Shown here in pieces: positions 38,267 to 51,658 of a stretch of 64,000 nucleotides of DNA. Below the pieces are notes generated by a model that had not been told where the DNA came from, ran no database searches, and saw only the letters and a program-made list of their open reading frames with translations. Source of the DNA: Felis catus (taxonomy: Eukaryota); contig NC_058368.1 in assembly GCF_018350175.1 (NCBI RefSeq), positions 217,808,001-217,872,000 of the forward strand. The letters are read 5' to 3'. A program made the position numbers and the translations under genes. Position 1 is the first letter of the stretch. Each line of letters begins with the position of its first letter.

Positions 38267-38506
38267 GGGGCACCTGGGTGGCGCAGTCGGTTGAGCATCC
38301 GACTTAGGCTCAGGTCACGATCTCACAGTTTGTGCGTTCGAGCCCTGCATCAGGCTCTGTGCTGACCACTTACTCAGAGCCTGGAGCCTGCTTCAGATTC
38401 TGTGTCTCCTTCTCTCTCTGCCCCTCCCCTGCTCATGCTTTGTCTCATTCTGTTTCTCAAAAATAAATGTAAAAATAAATGTAAAATAAATGTAAAAAAT
38501 GTAAAA
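38267..38506 (+). mobile_element. CAN-SINE in L1, patterned (AAATGTAAAA) tail
   Basis: ggggcacctgggtggcgcagtcggttgag head; flanked by aaa(c/a)atca. Confidence 0.95.
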
Positions 38507-40219
38507 AAAAATCATTCACCACAATCAAGTGGGATTTATTTCTAAGTTGCAAGGGTGGTTCAACTTCGCAAATCAATCAATGTGATATACCGCATTAGTA
38601 AACAAAAGGATAAGAACCATATGATCCTCTCAACAGATGTAGAAAAAAAAAACATCTGACCATTAATCCTTGATAAAAAACTCAACAAAGCAGTGATAGA
38701 AGGAACATATCTTAATATCATAAAGGTCATCAATGAGAAACCCACACAGCTAATATCATCCTTAATGAGGAAAAACTGAAATTTCTCTATGGTCAGGACA
38801 TTTCAGGGATGTACACTCTTACCACTGTGATTTAACATAATACTGGAAGCCCTAGTGTCAGCAATCAGACAACAAAAAGAAATAAAAGGCATCCAAATTG
38901 GCAAAGAAGTCAATTTTTTACTCTTTGCAGATGACGTGATACTATATGTAGAATACCCAAAAGACCTGCTAGAACTATAGACAAATAAAGTCACAGGATG
39001 CAAAATCAATGTACAGAAATCTATTGCATTTCTATACACCAATAATGAAGCAGCAGAAAGAGAAATTAAATAATTAATCCCATTTAGTGCACCAAAAACA
39101 ATAACATACATAGGGATAGCCCTAACCAAGGTAAAAGACCTGTACTTTGAAAACTATAACACACGGATGAAAGAAACTGAAGATGACACAAAGAAATAAA
39201 TGAGCTCTTAAGCCAAGAAAAGACGTGGCTGAAACTTACATGCATATTGCTGAGTGAAATAAGCCCATCTGTAAAGGCTGGAACACCGTATGATTCACGA
39301 GGGATGTTGGTAAGGGGGGATGCTATGTATGTGTGGTGATAGGGGATATAAAAGAAATTTCTATCACCACCTCAATTGTACTCTGAACTTAAAAGTGCTC
39401 TAAAAATGTGTTTTTTTTAAAAAAAAAGATTGAGGAAATGGACACTGGCATAGTTTATTTTAAAGAAACTGATAGGCTGACTTATCAAAATGTGTCTACT
39501 GTTTATTTACAAGTGAAAGCCGCAACCTTTCCGTAGAGGAGTTAAGCCTCAACTCTTTCTGTAGAGGAGTTAAACTTTTAATAATGTTCTTGTAGGCTAT
39601 CTCTAAATCACAAGTTATAACTTTCTCAAGACTACTATAGAGAACAATTTGAGAGCAAGGTAAACATTCCAGTAAGGACAAATTTTTCTTCACTGCTTTG
39701 CTAAAGTATTGCTAGTAAACCACACACTCTTGTTGGCAGTGTTGAATGAAATGTATTTCCCCATGTGTGGTTACATATCACATGTCTTTACATAGGATGC
39801 ATGAGACCTAAATAAAGGTAACTATTAAAATTCAAAAGAGAAATGTTCAATTCTGTTATCTCAGTAAATAGCGTATCTTAAAACTAACTTATAATTTACT
39901 GTTTTCCCAATTAAAAAAAACACTTTTATTTACTCATTCCATTTATTTTGTTTTTATTTGGATGGTACCAATGAAAGGCTGCAATTTATGTTACCCTCTC
40001 TCACCTCTTTTATATGAAACAATTATGCCACACTCAAAAATTATACTATTTTTTCCAATTTTATTCAATATGTGAACTTTGTTAAGTATTTGCAACAATT
40101 TATATTTATACTGTAAAACTTTATCTCTCACATGGATAATTCATGGGATAGATACAAGTCTTTTGTAATATTTCTGCTTCTCCAAGATTTCTTCTACTTA
40201 CACATACAAATCAAAAGAA

Positions 40220-40310
40220 TTCATTGAGAATCTACTATATGCCATGCAGTTTTCTAGCTACTGAGAGCCATCATTGAACAAGTAGACCAGAGACAGTCCT
40301 CCTGAGGAAT
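40220..40310 (-). mobile_element. L2 fragment
   Basis: ttcattgagaatctactatatgcca..ttctagctactgaga..tgaacaag. Confidence 0.5.
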
Positions 40311-40816
40311 ATATCCCTCCTCCTAGGGCCTACCTACAATGATATCAAGGCTGATTTCATAATGTGAAAGAAAGGATATTTCTTCTGAGAAAGGATATAT
40401 CTTCTTCTGAAGGAGATGTTGCAGGTATCCTATAGAATGCCTTGACTGATATTATACTTGATAGATTTAATGCAAAAGAAATATACTTCAGTATAGAAAA
40501 TAAATCTGATTTAAGTAGCATTCTTAACTCACTTATTTTTCTTTTCAAATGTGTTTTGTTTTTCATGTTACTCAGAGGTGTCTTGTACACTGCATTCCCT
40601 TCATAGAGCTGTTAATGTTTCTTTTAATTATCAATGTATTTATGAAAACTACCAAAAGTTTTAGCTATTTTGAGCATGAGAGGTAAATCTTATCCAAGAT
40701 CTTGGTAAACTTAAAAGTATGTCCCTAAATGTTAAATGTTCTTTTGTTTTCTCAAGTTGTGATAGCTCCTTCTCTTTCATTACTGTCACATTTGTGTGGA
40801 TAGTTTAGGTAATTTT

Positions 40817-41003
40817 CTTTATGTTTATTTATTTATTTTGAGAGAAAAAGTGAGAGAGCGGGAGAGAGGTAGACAGAGAGACAATCCCAAGCAGGCTCCA
40901 CACTGTTAGTGCAGAGCCTGATGCGGGGCTCGAACGCAGCAACGGTGAGATCATGACCCCAGAGGAAATCAGATGCTTAACTGACTGAGCCATCTAGGCA
41001 CCC
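40817..41003 (-). mobile_element. CAN-SINE
   Basis: TSD taggtaatttt at 40806-40816 and 41004-41014. Confidence 0.95.
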
Positions 41004-41650
41004 TAGGTAATTTTTTAGGTATTCAGGTTATTTAAATTATTTTCACATCTTAGAAACTAATATTTTGATAGGGCAATAAAAATTAAGCAAGGTACATTTT
41101 GGTGTCTATTTTTTTTGTGTGTCTATTTTTAATTTAAATTAATGTAAATTTAATTCAAATATTAAATAGTTCAATATAGTAAAAAACATTGCTTGAAAAT
41201 ATAGGTTAGAGCATTTACTTTTTCGAGATCTCTATATAAAACATGTTGTCAAGTTTATTTTAATGTACCAATTGTTTTTATAATAATCAGATGGTGATGA
41301 AAGAACGGCATAGTTTTATACTGAGAAAGTGTGCAGGTATAGTTTGAGAAACTGACAAGTTTTTCTAACAACATACTTATTTTGTAAGTACATGGCATAA
41401 TATTTATTTGTATTTAAAGGAAACTTAATGACTTAGAGCAAAAAGCATAATAATTATTGGTCAAAAGCTCATATCCTCTGAAGGGATAAAAAGTAGAAAA
41501 TATTTCTTGATAGAAATCATTTAATAAATACTTAACCATGTTTCACAGGTATTGATTGACAAAACTCTATTATACAAGGTGTATTCCTGCATGTTCAATT
41601 TGTCCTTATGTGCTCTGTAGTCAGGAAACCAGAATAGAAGAGGTCATTCA

Positions 41651-41835
41651 GGGCCCCCCTGGGTGGCTCAGTTGGTTAAGTGTCTGACTCTTAAAACTGG
41701 CTCAGGTCAGGTTCATTGGATCGAGCCCCAAGTGGAGGCTGCAATGAACATGGAGCCTGCTTAAGATTTTCTCCCTCCCTCTCTGTCTGCCCCTTCCCTG
41801 TTCGTCCACTCTCTCACAAAATAAACATTAAAAAA
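41651..41835 (+). mobile_element. Older CAN-SINE
   Basis: TSD aaga(g/a)gtcattca at 41638-41650 and 41836-41848. Confidence 0.92.
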
Positions 41836-43657
41836 AAGAAGTCATTCAGTAAATGAGAATAATAGAGTTATCTTCATGTAGGATTATTGAAGAAAAATGT
41901 TTTTCAAGAGAATCAAATGGAAGAATTATTGGCAAAGCAGTGGGCTGCAGGTGCTAGACATATTGATTGACTACTATCACAGTATTTAGAAAGGAATATT
42001 TCTCATTAAATCTTTTTTTTGAAAAAGAAAATCATGTAAGAAATTTTATTTGTGGGTAAATGTCATCCTAATAAATAATCTTTTATATTCTTCCATGAAG
42101 TAACCTGTGTATAACTTGTTATTTTTTTAGGAAAAATTGGACATTGCATTTTGTATCCTTAAATAACTAGGAATTAAAATGCTACAAAAATTGGAAGTAC
42201 ATTTAATTAACTACTCATATTTTCATTGTACAAATACAAATAATTAAAAACATATATCCTTCATTTCTTTCTAATGCACTTCTTCAAGAAAATCATTAAC
42301 AGGTGGGTTCTTTTCAATTCCAATGTCTATGAATTTTTAAAACCATAAATTCAGACATAGGGATTTGTAGTTTGCTTTTGTTTCTCCCCTCAGTAAAAAC
42401 TGTCATTTTCTCAACAAAATGCATCAGTATCTCAATATTTTTCAAAATGTAAAAATAGATCCTGAAGCTTTTTCATTAATACATATGGATCCACATTAAT
42501 GATTTTACCTCCTAAAAAGAGACAGATATATTGATAACAGAATTATATGGTACATATAAAATCAACCTTGAAATCATAAGTATGTTATATTTAAATATTA
42601 AGTAGCAAAATATACCTAGATACACCCAGAAATCACATCATTTCACTCAACATGAAGAAAGGATATTTTCTCTAGATACATACTTATTGTGGTGTGATTT
42701 GAAATAAATTATTAATAGAGACCTTCTCCACATGACACTATTATGTTTGGTAACATTAAAATATATACTGGACACTTCATAAGAATGAATTATTTATAAA
42801 TATTGATTACTGTATATAATTAGTTGAAAAATACTTAGAGGACTGTAAATAAGTTTATACATATTTTAAATTATTTCCCCTTACTTATCCCTAGCTTAGA
42901 AATGACCAATGATTTTGGTGTGCCAATCACTTGATACTCTCAGAAGATTATCTTTCAGGACAATGCCCCAAAACTGCATTTTCTATGAATTGTGATTTAG
43001 AAATCAAAGTAAGATGATATAAAATGTTATGTATTTTTGTGTTCATGGTAACAGCTGAAATGTAACTTCTCAAGTTTAAAAAATGATCAAGAAATACAGT
43101 ATTAAAAACTAGTGGACTAAACAAATGGTACTTATATCATTTACATATTGAAGTCGCTTTTAATTCTTAAACATGATCATTTTAACAGTAGCAGAGTATT
43201 TTGTGAACTATAGTCTTTTTGAAACATCAAATCACATACAAGTAATTTGGTTGTGTTTTCTTATTATTCCCAAAACCATTATCATAATATTCTAATGACC
43301 AGTTAGGCCTACACATCTGTAAGAAAATTTAGAAAATAAAATTTAAATTTAAAATACACTATGATTTGCTAGCACCAAGCAAAACAAACAAAACCACGAT
43401 AATTTATATTTGACATTATACTGTTAATTTAGGATAGAAAATACTCTGAAAAAAATATTGAAAATACTATTTTAGAAAAAATAAAACCAGTATTTAAAGC
43501 AAAACTATCATACAATATCTCTATATTTTTTCCTAAATATCTTATTAGTTCCTGTTGGACAATTGGCCTTGCATAAACTTTCCTTCCTATCATCATTGAG
43601 GTATATTAAGGATATCTCTCTTATTTATAGTTGGGAATTTGCTTGTAGGCAAAAAAT

Positions 43658-43699
43658 GTTGTTTGTTTTGTTTTGTTTTGTTTTGTTTTGTTTTGTTTT
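43658..43699. repeat. (TTTTG)n microsatellite
   Basis: Seen directly. Confidence 0.95.
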
Positions 43700-45464
43700 C
43701 AAATATACATATTGAATGCCCATTTTCTTTGAAACCCTTATGTGAAAAGCATTTGAGTCTCTGATAAAAGAAGTCAGTGTGGTGTAATAAAGTACTGCGA
43801 CTGAATTCGACAGAAAATGGAGGAAAGGGCACAGCTTGACAAGCTGACCACAGAAAGTGGGAAACCAAACGTAGCAAGTTAGATAGAAGTCTAAAGTATA
43901 ATTCAGGAATCTGTTCAGAAGCGGGGACATGATTTGATGTCATGGGGAAAAGCCTCAGAATATTCAGGTGAGAAGCACACAGACGGCAAACTAGCAACAG
44001 GCATAGTTTTGGAAAATGTAAATGTATGTGAAAATCAGTAAGATAGATCAACTCTCCCAGAAGGAAACCTAATAATGTCCACCAATGGTTTCAAGATCCC
44101 ACTCAGTGATCAAAACTCAAAGCTGAAGTATCAGTAAGAGCCATTGGCGGAATAGAAGTAACAATTTCTAAAAAATCTAAGTAGAAACTCTATCCTGTGA
44201 CAGAACTAATTGTACTGAAAGGGTAAATACAGGAACTAATGAAAGGGTGTAGGCCACAGACTAAGCTTACAATGATGGGGAATTACAGAGGAAACACAGA
44301 GATCTAGAAACTCTGTTTAGGATTAGGTTTCAAGAACTTAACATTAGAACCCAGTAGAATTCTCAATTCATGTTGTTAGCTTTCATCCTTAGTCATATAT
44401 ATCTCAGGATGTGAAGAATAATTTGTCATATGAGTGATGGCTTGTTTGGGCAGTTTCAGAACTACTCAAATGATTTCCTTGTCCCTAGAGCCATCTCCAC
44501 ATTCAACCATCTCCACATTCACTTTCTTCCATACCCTACCAAACTTAACACCCCTAATGCTTCTATAAAAATAAAATAAACGTTCTTTCACCATAATCTT
44601 CCCTTTCCAAGACCCAAGGAAAAAGTGTCATTTGCTATAATTTCCAATCATTCCTCTGCACACTTTTAAGTAAATTCCTTCTCTGTTCTTTCACCATGCT
44701 GTTCAGAGGTGACGGGCAATATAACCCGTTTATGAAGACAACTGTCCCTATAGATCCACGTTAGGTACAATGCCGTTGCCAGCCCTAACACTGTTGTTTC
44801 TGGGTAGCTCTTCCATTCTCTGCAGCAATTATAAATCCCTAACATCCTTCCTTGTGGCCATCACTAGTGTTAGTCACATATGTGTGGTTGTACCTTGTTC
44901 CAGGCACAAAATAGGACTGACTCTAGGGTAGATCTATATAACCATTAAAGTACGAATGGTTATTATAGTAAACCATGATGAAGTATGAATAATGTATGAA
45001 TAAAACATGGACCAGTTTGTTTTATTGGTGGTTTGAGACCGTCCAGATACTTCTGCTGGTGCACAGACCTGAACAGCATTCTAGATGATGGCAGATCAGT
45101 CAGGCTTAGTTCCTAAGTGTGTACAGTGAACAGACCTCCCAACAGACCACTAAACAGCCATGGATAGATAGCACTAATGACAAATACAACTTTGCTGTTT
45201 ATTGACGATATTTGTTTTTTATTGAAGTATCAACTAGTTCAGTCCATCTGACTCCTCCCTCCAATTTAATAGAGAAATTAGAAACCATCATATAAGAAAC
45301 CCATTCAATTCTTGTTCATCTCTCAAGCACCCAAAGAAATCTTTCCTTCTGAGTAAATTTAATTTCACCTGTGCTCCAGATTTAGTATGCTTAATTGTTA
45401 TGGCAACCTCATTTTATTACCCTCTATCTTCTCTCTGTTACCAATTCCTCTACAATACTAAGGT

Positions 45465-46400
45465 GATTGAGATTGTTTCTCAAACAGTATTCCATTTCAT
45501 TGGTCTATTAGCCCATCTATACACCAGTGACACATTGTTTCAGTTATTCTAGATTTTGACATTTTGCAAGATATGGCTAAGTAAATGGTTAATGTAGTTA
45601 AGTAAATCTTCAAACATAGTTGTTGTTTCCCACAAGATTTCCTTGGCTATTTTTGGCACTGGGTATTTCCATATGAATTTTAGAATCAGCTCGTCAGTTT
45701 TAACAATGATTATGATTAAGCTTATAGTTTCATTAAAAGTAAGTATCTCATTGAGTTTCCCAATAGATGAACATGATACATTCCTATGTTTGCTGTGGAC
45801 CTCTTTCTGTCATTATATAATTTTCTGTCATTGTATAATTTTCAAGTAAGTAGTGGTGCATTTATTTTTATTAAATTTATAATAAGGCTCTTATGTTTTT
45901 GATACCATTGTAAATGGTAAAATACATATTTTTTACATTTGTTCATTTGTACAACATCCCTTAATAATGTTTTATAGTTTTTAATATAGAAGTACAGGTT
46001 TTTAATATATTTTTTCAGGGTTTAAATTCTTATACAAGAGTTGTTACTATATTTTTGGCTTATTTGTATGTATGTGTTCTTAATATGACTATTATTGCAC
46101 TCTTTTTAGATTTAAATTTATGTTAGCTACTGGTATAAATAAATACAACCAAATTTTGTATATCAGCCTTGTATACAGCAAATTCTAAATTCACATAAAA
46201 ATATCTTGTAGTTTTTAAAAGATATACTTATTTTATCTAATTATATTGCAATTTTTACTTATTACTCTCAAATATTTCTGTTTATTTTCCCCTTGCCTTA
46301 CTAATATCCAATCCAAAGTTTAAAAGCAGTGGTGTTTGCCACTGCCTCATGTACATACTAATAGAGAAAGTATCCAATAATGGCTGTGACTTTTAGAGAT
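45465..46400 (-). mobile_element. Old L1 (L1ME-like) ORF2 fragment
   Basis: ttcattggtctatt..accagtgacacattgttt; cttggctatttttgg..tttccatatgaattttagaatcagct; ttttgtatatcagccttgtatacagcaa. Confidence 0.75.
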
Positions 46401-46860
46401 ATTCATCAGTGTTTGAGCCTCCTTGAGGGGCTGGAGATTTGCTACACAAATGATTAAATATTACACCCATCCCTTAGCTTTCTTTGTCCACTGCTACTAC
46501 AAAAGATGAGACTATATGAAAAAGAGAATCATGAAAAATTCTCTCTGGATGCCCCACGTGTATCATTTTCATATCTACTACTATGAATGACTTGCTATTT
46601 TTTTTCTGAAGTCTTAATAAAGCTTAGACTGGCCATTCTATCATTTTTCCTGATACTTATTTTCCCTCATCAACATCTCAAACTTCTGAAGATACATTGC
46701 ACCAGCTAGTATCTTTCATTCCACAGATAAGTCATCTTAATTCACTACTGGTGAAAGGTATCAGGCTGGCTTGTCACCCTGTGCCCAGTTATCTGTGTTG
46801 TATCTACCACTAATCTTAACTGTAAGACAAGCGGCAGGTGATGCAGCTCCAAATCCCAAC

Positions 46861-47245
46861 TGTCACAGTTCGTTTTTTCTGGAGTGCAGATGCTGGGACA
46901 GAGTCCAGTACATAGGGTGTTTGTTAATAATTACCATTAGCATCAACAAATGTGCAGGGCAGTGGGGGAGGATTAGCTGAAAGATCTTGAGCTTTGAGGA
47001 AGACCCATCTGTGTCAGTGAACTCCAAAAGAGGCAGAAATATCCCGTCAGAGTTCTTTCACATTAGACTGATCAGTCTAGCAGTCCTTGATCAGTCTTTG
47101 CAAGTGGGCCTAGAGGTGGTTTTGTGCAGCCGAGGCAATCCTGAATGGACTGTCAGCTAAAGAATGTTCCCCAGCAACACTTTCAGCTGTGTGCAAGCTA
47201 TCTTTCCATGAAGAAATATCCAAGCAATGGATGACTTTATTAAGC
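46861..47245. mobile_element. LTR16-like ERVL solo LTR
   Basis: tgtcacagttcg..gcagatgctgggacagag..; gcagccgaggcaatcctgaa..ctgtcagct..cagctg..gcaag..tttccatgaag. Confidence 0.65.
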
Positions 47246-49124
47246 ACAGAAATCACCTTTTGTGCAATGTTCTGAACTGATTTTGATTCATCAATATTGT
47301 TAAATTAGTGAGAAACAAAGCAAAACAAAACAAACAACAAAATACCTGCTCTCAAATTTCAACTTCTTTTAGCATGACTTCTTGGCTTCTTTTCTCAGAT
47401 AGCTTCATATATGGCAAATAGTTCAAGATGAAAATTATTATATATCAGCCTCTCCTCTGTGCTTTTATTTTCCTCTCTGGGGTCTAAATTACTCAATATC
47501 AGTCTGTCTTGGCAGCTCTCCAGTGCCTTTTATCATTATAATATGTATATTTTTATGGGTATATATATTTCAATTAATGTACTGAGAGATGGGGCACATT
47601 GACTTGGTGTAAGAGTTTCTGTCATTGTCAAAAATAGACTTCTCCATTTTTTTGATATATTAAAATTATCTGATGTTTATTTTTATCACACACATATATG
47701 TCATCTATTATGTACCACCTGCTAGGTGAAACACTCTTTTTAGAGTCTTGGGCTCTGACCCAATTCCATTAAGCTTTTCCATCTTGGGAGGAAAGCATAA
47801 GTAGGAGCAAATGGGGAAAACAATGGGACCTTTTAAACCCCCTTCAATGATTATACTTAGAGACACAAGTAAAAGTTGAATGATTTATACTCTAAAAATG
47901 GATTCTAATCTGAAATGGCAGAGGATAACAATATATTATACTTGTTAAAACCATTTTAGTTTTTATAAATGGATTTTTTCATGCATGCCAGGTAATATTT
48001 TATTCCTTTATACTAGTAAGCTAAATTCAATCAGTTACTGAAGCCAAATACTGTCAGAAAAGGGAACTATTTGCATTCAAAAGGGAAGAAGTATCTGGAG
48101 AAAGAGAAACTATGAAATCTATACGCTATATTTAAACAATGTTAGATATTGAAAAAGGAATAAAACAATTCCTTTGACATTGATTTACTATACTGAAACA
48201 GAGTCGATGACATTCTCTGTCAGAACAGATTTGGACTTGGATTGAGGAAAATAATTCTAAACCACAAAAGCAGAGAAATCTACTTGGGGTTTAGACATAT
48301 GATAGCTGTCCTTACCTTTATGACATTTAAATACTAAATTATGTAAAAAGAATAGTTTAAAATCACCCTGACCCATCATTCCATGATGTAATTTGTTGTC
48401 CGAATATCACAGTTGTACAATAAAAATGCACTCAATATCTCAAGTTAACTTGTCCATCCAATCTAATACCAGGTAGAGTAATGTGATGATATTATAGGTT
48501 CTCCTTGGAAATGGAAGTGAAATATACTATATCTTTTCTTATCATGTGCATTTCAAGGCAGCATTGTTGATATTTTACTATATGAACAAGGCTTTTAAGT
48601 GATTATATAATATTATGACAATTAAGTCTTTGAGATTAATTTTTCATTTGATTTTGAAAAAAACTAAAAGGACTGAGCTGTTGAAAACATTCATCAAATA
48701 TTGCAATATTTATTAATTTATTAATCTTATAATCTTATTATTTGTCCATATTTCACCTTTGAATCATATAAATATCAGAAAAAAAGTTGGTATTGTTTGA
48801 ATTACTTACCTTTTCCCACAGATCTGTTTTGCCTAGTATTAATTTCTCCACTTATTTGTATCTCTAAGATGGACAGAACTAGAGCCTAAAATAGTTTTTC
48901 TCATAGTGAGTTGTAAAGAATAGAGGAAATATAATACAATTTTTTTTTATATTATACTCTACTGTATCAAAAGATTTCAGGATTAGGATATCCTATCAGT
49001 TTTACTGTAACTAGATATGGCCTTTCACCACCGTGCCAACTGGAATTTGGTCCTGTTGGCCTAAATTTCATATCTGCAGAAAAATTAAAATTATAAATTC
49101 CAAATTAAATTTCTGATAGAATAT

Positions 49125-51280
49125 ATTTTTTAATTTTTTGATTTTAAAATTCTAAAACATACAAAAGTTTGATAATAATATTGCATCTAATTGTACTCTT
49201 GCATGCTTTCTCTCTCTGAATATATGTTTACGGTATTCTTTTACAGAGCAACAAAAACATTATCTTTCTAAGATAATTAAGAGCAATCCCAAAATAGAAA
49301 TTTAATACATAGTTCATATTCAAATGTTTCCCAAAATAATTTATAGGTTTTGTGTTTTTTCAAACTGAGATCTAGTCAAGCTTTTTCCTTGCTTTTTTTT
49401 TTTTTTTTAGGTCACTTTTAACATTGTTTTTTTTTTTTTCCTCCCCAAACACTAATTTTATGGGAAACTCAAGTCAGTTTTTATGTAGAAGATAATAATA
49501 GGCTCTGTATTTGACTGTTCTTCTCATTGTGTCATTTAATGTGTTCTTCTATTCCCTGCAAATCTAAGTTAAATTTAGAGTCTTGGCTATATTCAGGATA
49601 AACTGCTGGTCAGAACTCTTCGAAAGTAAAGATTTATGGTACTTCATAAATGTTATATAAGAAGACACTAAAAGCCGATCTGTCTTAACCTTAGAGATGA
49701 ATCACCACATTTAAAAGTTAATGAGAGCTAGATATATTCATTGTAAACATCCATTTTCCATCTTTAATTAGTCATTAAAACATACAGTCATAATCTGACA
49801 ACATAAAATCAGCTGTCCCTCAAGGCACTTTCTACTCATAATTTTTACCAAACATATGAACCTTGTCTGAATTTATGATTATTTATGAGGGTTCTGAAAT
49901 GGTGATTTCCAAGTTTTTTCTTCTATTTACATTTATAGTATCTATTATTCTGTAAATCATAACCCTCTGGGCTCATGCATTTTTTTTTTCCATTTCAGTG
50001 TGTTAAAGTGAATTACATTAATTATTCTTGATGCTCAAAATATATCAAATGTGTAATGCGGCAGCCTCTTTAAACCTGCTCCTGTGTTCTTTTAATATTA
50101 TTCAATGACTTCTTTTTTGTTTTGCTTTATGTTGTTTGTTTGTTTCCATTCTGGATTCAGATTTGCCTTGTATTTTTTTCTGCTCAGACTTAGCACCAGT
50201 CATGTCCCCAGGGATATATGACTCTTTGTACTAGGTAATAGTAATTAAACACAAATGGTGTTTAAACACAATGGTATTTAAAGACAATGGTATTAAAACA
50301 CAAAGATCTGGGTGCTAGCTCTATAATTATTTCTGGAGTGTCACTGCTTTTAGGCTTTTTCAGTGTAAGAGGGCTGGAATATGAGTTGATAGTAATGTGC
50401 AATTCAAATCACTGGACTTTGTTGTAATTAATTTCATTTTATATTTGTATATTCACTATAAGAAAAATGAAAATAATAATGTAAGACAAATTTATATATT
50501 AAAATACATATCCATTTGTATATTTTATAGAAAGTTCAAGATTGCAATATAAATATTACTAATATAAATAAAGCTAAAAAGTAGAAGGAATTTTTGAACT
50601 TAGGTTATATGAAGACTGTAGAGTCAGAATACCATGTTCTAAATTACTTAAAATAATCAATTTTTAATGGGGTTATATTTTTAGTTTGATGTACATTTCA
50701 GTTTATTTGGTTTCCTTTTCATTTCATTTCATTGCATTCAATTCAATTTAAAATCCTTCCCTTTCTTTAATTTAAATTCAAGTTAGTTAATATACAGTGT
50801 ACTCTTGGCTTTAGGAGTAGAACCCAGTGATTCATTTCTTACATATGAAAATTTCCTTTTAATGCAAGTTTATATTTTAATATGTAAAATATTTCTCTAT
50901 GTTAAATTAAGTAAAAATAAAACATTTAGAGAGGTTTTAGTATCTTCACTAATCCCTCAACATATACCCATCCAATCATGCTATAATTAGGCTGTTTCCA
51001 AGTGTTGGAATAATGCTATAGTAAATAACTTTGTACATCTTGTTTCTTATTTATAGAAGTATTTTGCTACAGATTGTGAGTTCATAGATTAAATGCATAC
51101 ACATAATTTTCTTCAGATGTTTCCAACATTTCCTCCACATAATTTGTACTATTTTGGACTTCGACTGACAATGAATGAAAGTTCCTTTTCCCCATAGCCT
51201 TATCAACAAATTGTATTATAAATTTTCAATTTCAATCGTCAAACTGAAAGTTTAGAAATGGCATCTCAGGGTAGTTTACT
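49125..51280 (-). mobile_element. L1MC4/5-like 3' UTR and ORF2 end, degenerate
   Basis: aatggtatt..aagatctgggtgctag..gagtgtcactgcttttaggc..ttcagtg; taggctgtttccaa..aataatgcta; ttccccatagccttatcaaca..agaaatggcatctca. Confidence 0.65.
50764..50847 (-). mobile_element. Carnivore L1 3' terminal stub
   Basis: tttaaattcaagttagttaatatacagtgt..taggagtagaacccagtgattcatttcttacatat. Confidence 0.8.
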
Positions 51281-51423
51281 CAATGTCCAAATTACACAAG
51301 GTTTACACTATGTCCAAATTACACAATGAACCAAATTACATTTAGGTTCAGAACTAAAATCTATACCCTTCCCTAATTTTTATTTTATGGCGCTTATTCT
51401 GATTAACTTTTTAAATGAAATTT

Positions 51424-51658
51424 ATTTTATTTTATTTTTTAAAAATTTTTTTAACGTTTTTATTTTATTTTTGAGACAGAGAGAGACAGAGCATGAACGG
51501 AAGAGGGGCAGAGAGAGAGGGAGACACACAATCGGAAACAGGCTCCAGGCTCTGAGCTGTCAGCACAGAGCCCGATGCGGGGCTCAAACCCACGCACCGC
51601 GAGATCATGACCTGAGCCGAAGTCGGGCGCTTAACCGACTGAGCCACCCAGGCGCACC
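51424..51658 (-). mobile_element. Fairly young felid CAN-SINE
   Basis: Perfect 12-bp TSD taaatgaaattt at 51412-51423 and 51659-51670; many CpGs retained. Confidence 0.97.

Larger units (their letters stand above)
36346..39193 (-). mobile_element. Carnivore L1 with 5' inversion (3' part on minus 36346-37188; inverted part on plus 37189-39193)
   Basis: T-tail and antisense 3' end at 36346, antisense ORF2 to 37188, then sense ORF2 including ctctttgcagatgacgtgata (FADD). TSD aaataa(g/a)tga(t/g)ct at 36333-36345 and 39194-39206. Confidence 0.9.
32500..39425 (+). mobile_element. Old L1 (L1MB/L1MC-like) ORF2 plus 3' UTR, host of several nested insertions
   Basis: Sense ORF2 similarity from the endonuclease (ataatgataaaggg; acaacagcagaatacata) through the RT (tgtctttgcttgaagacgacatgatt, a decayed FADD motif) to the C-terminus at 36345. 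Resumes at 39194 (aatgagctcttaagccaagaaaagacgtgg..gaaacttacatgcatattgctgagtgaaa). Confidence 0.92.

Noticed and set aside
37189..39193. RT-like sequence including an FADD motif
   Set aside because: Fragmented by stops, frameshifts and SINEs; no intact L1 ORF exists in the window.
43593..44051. 152-aa minus-strand ORF
   Set aside because: Non-ATG start, includes the (TTTTG)n repeat, no recognisable domain or splice context.
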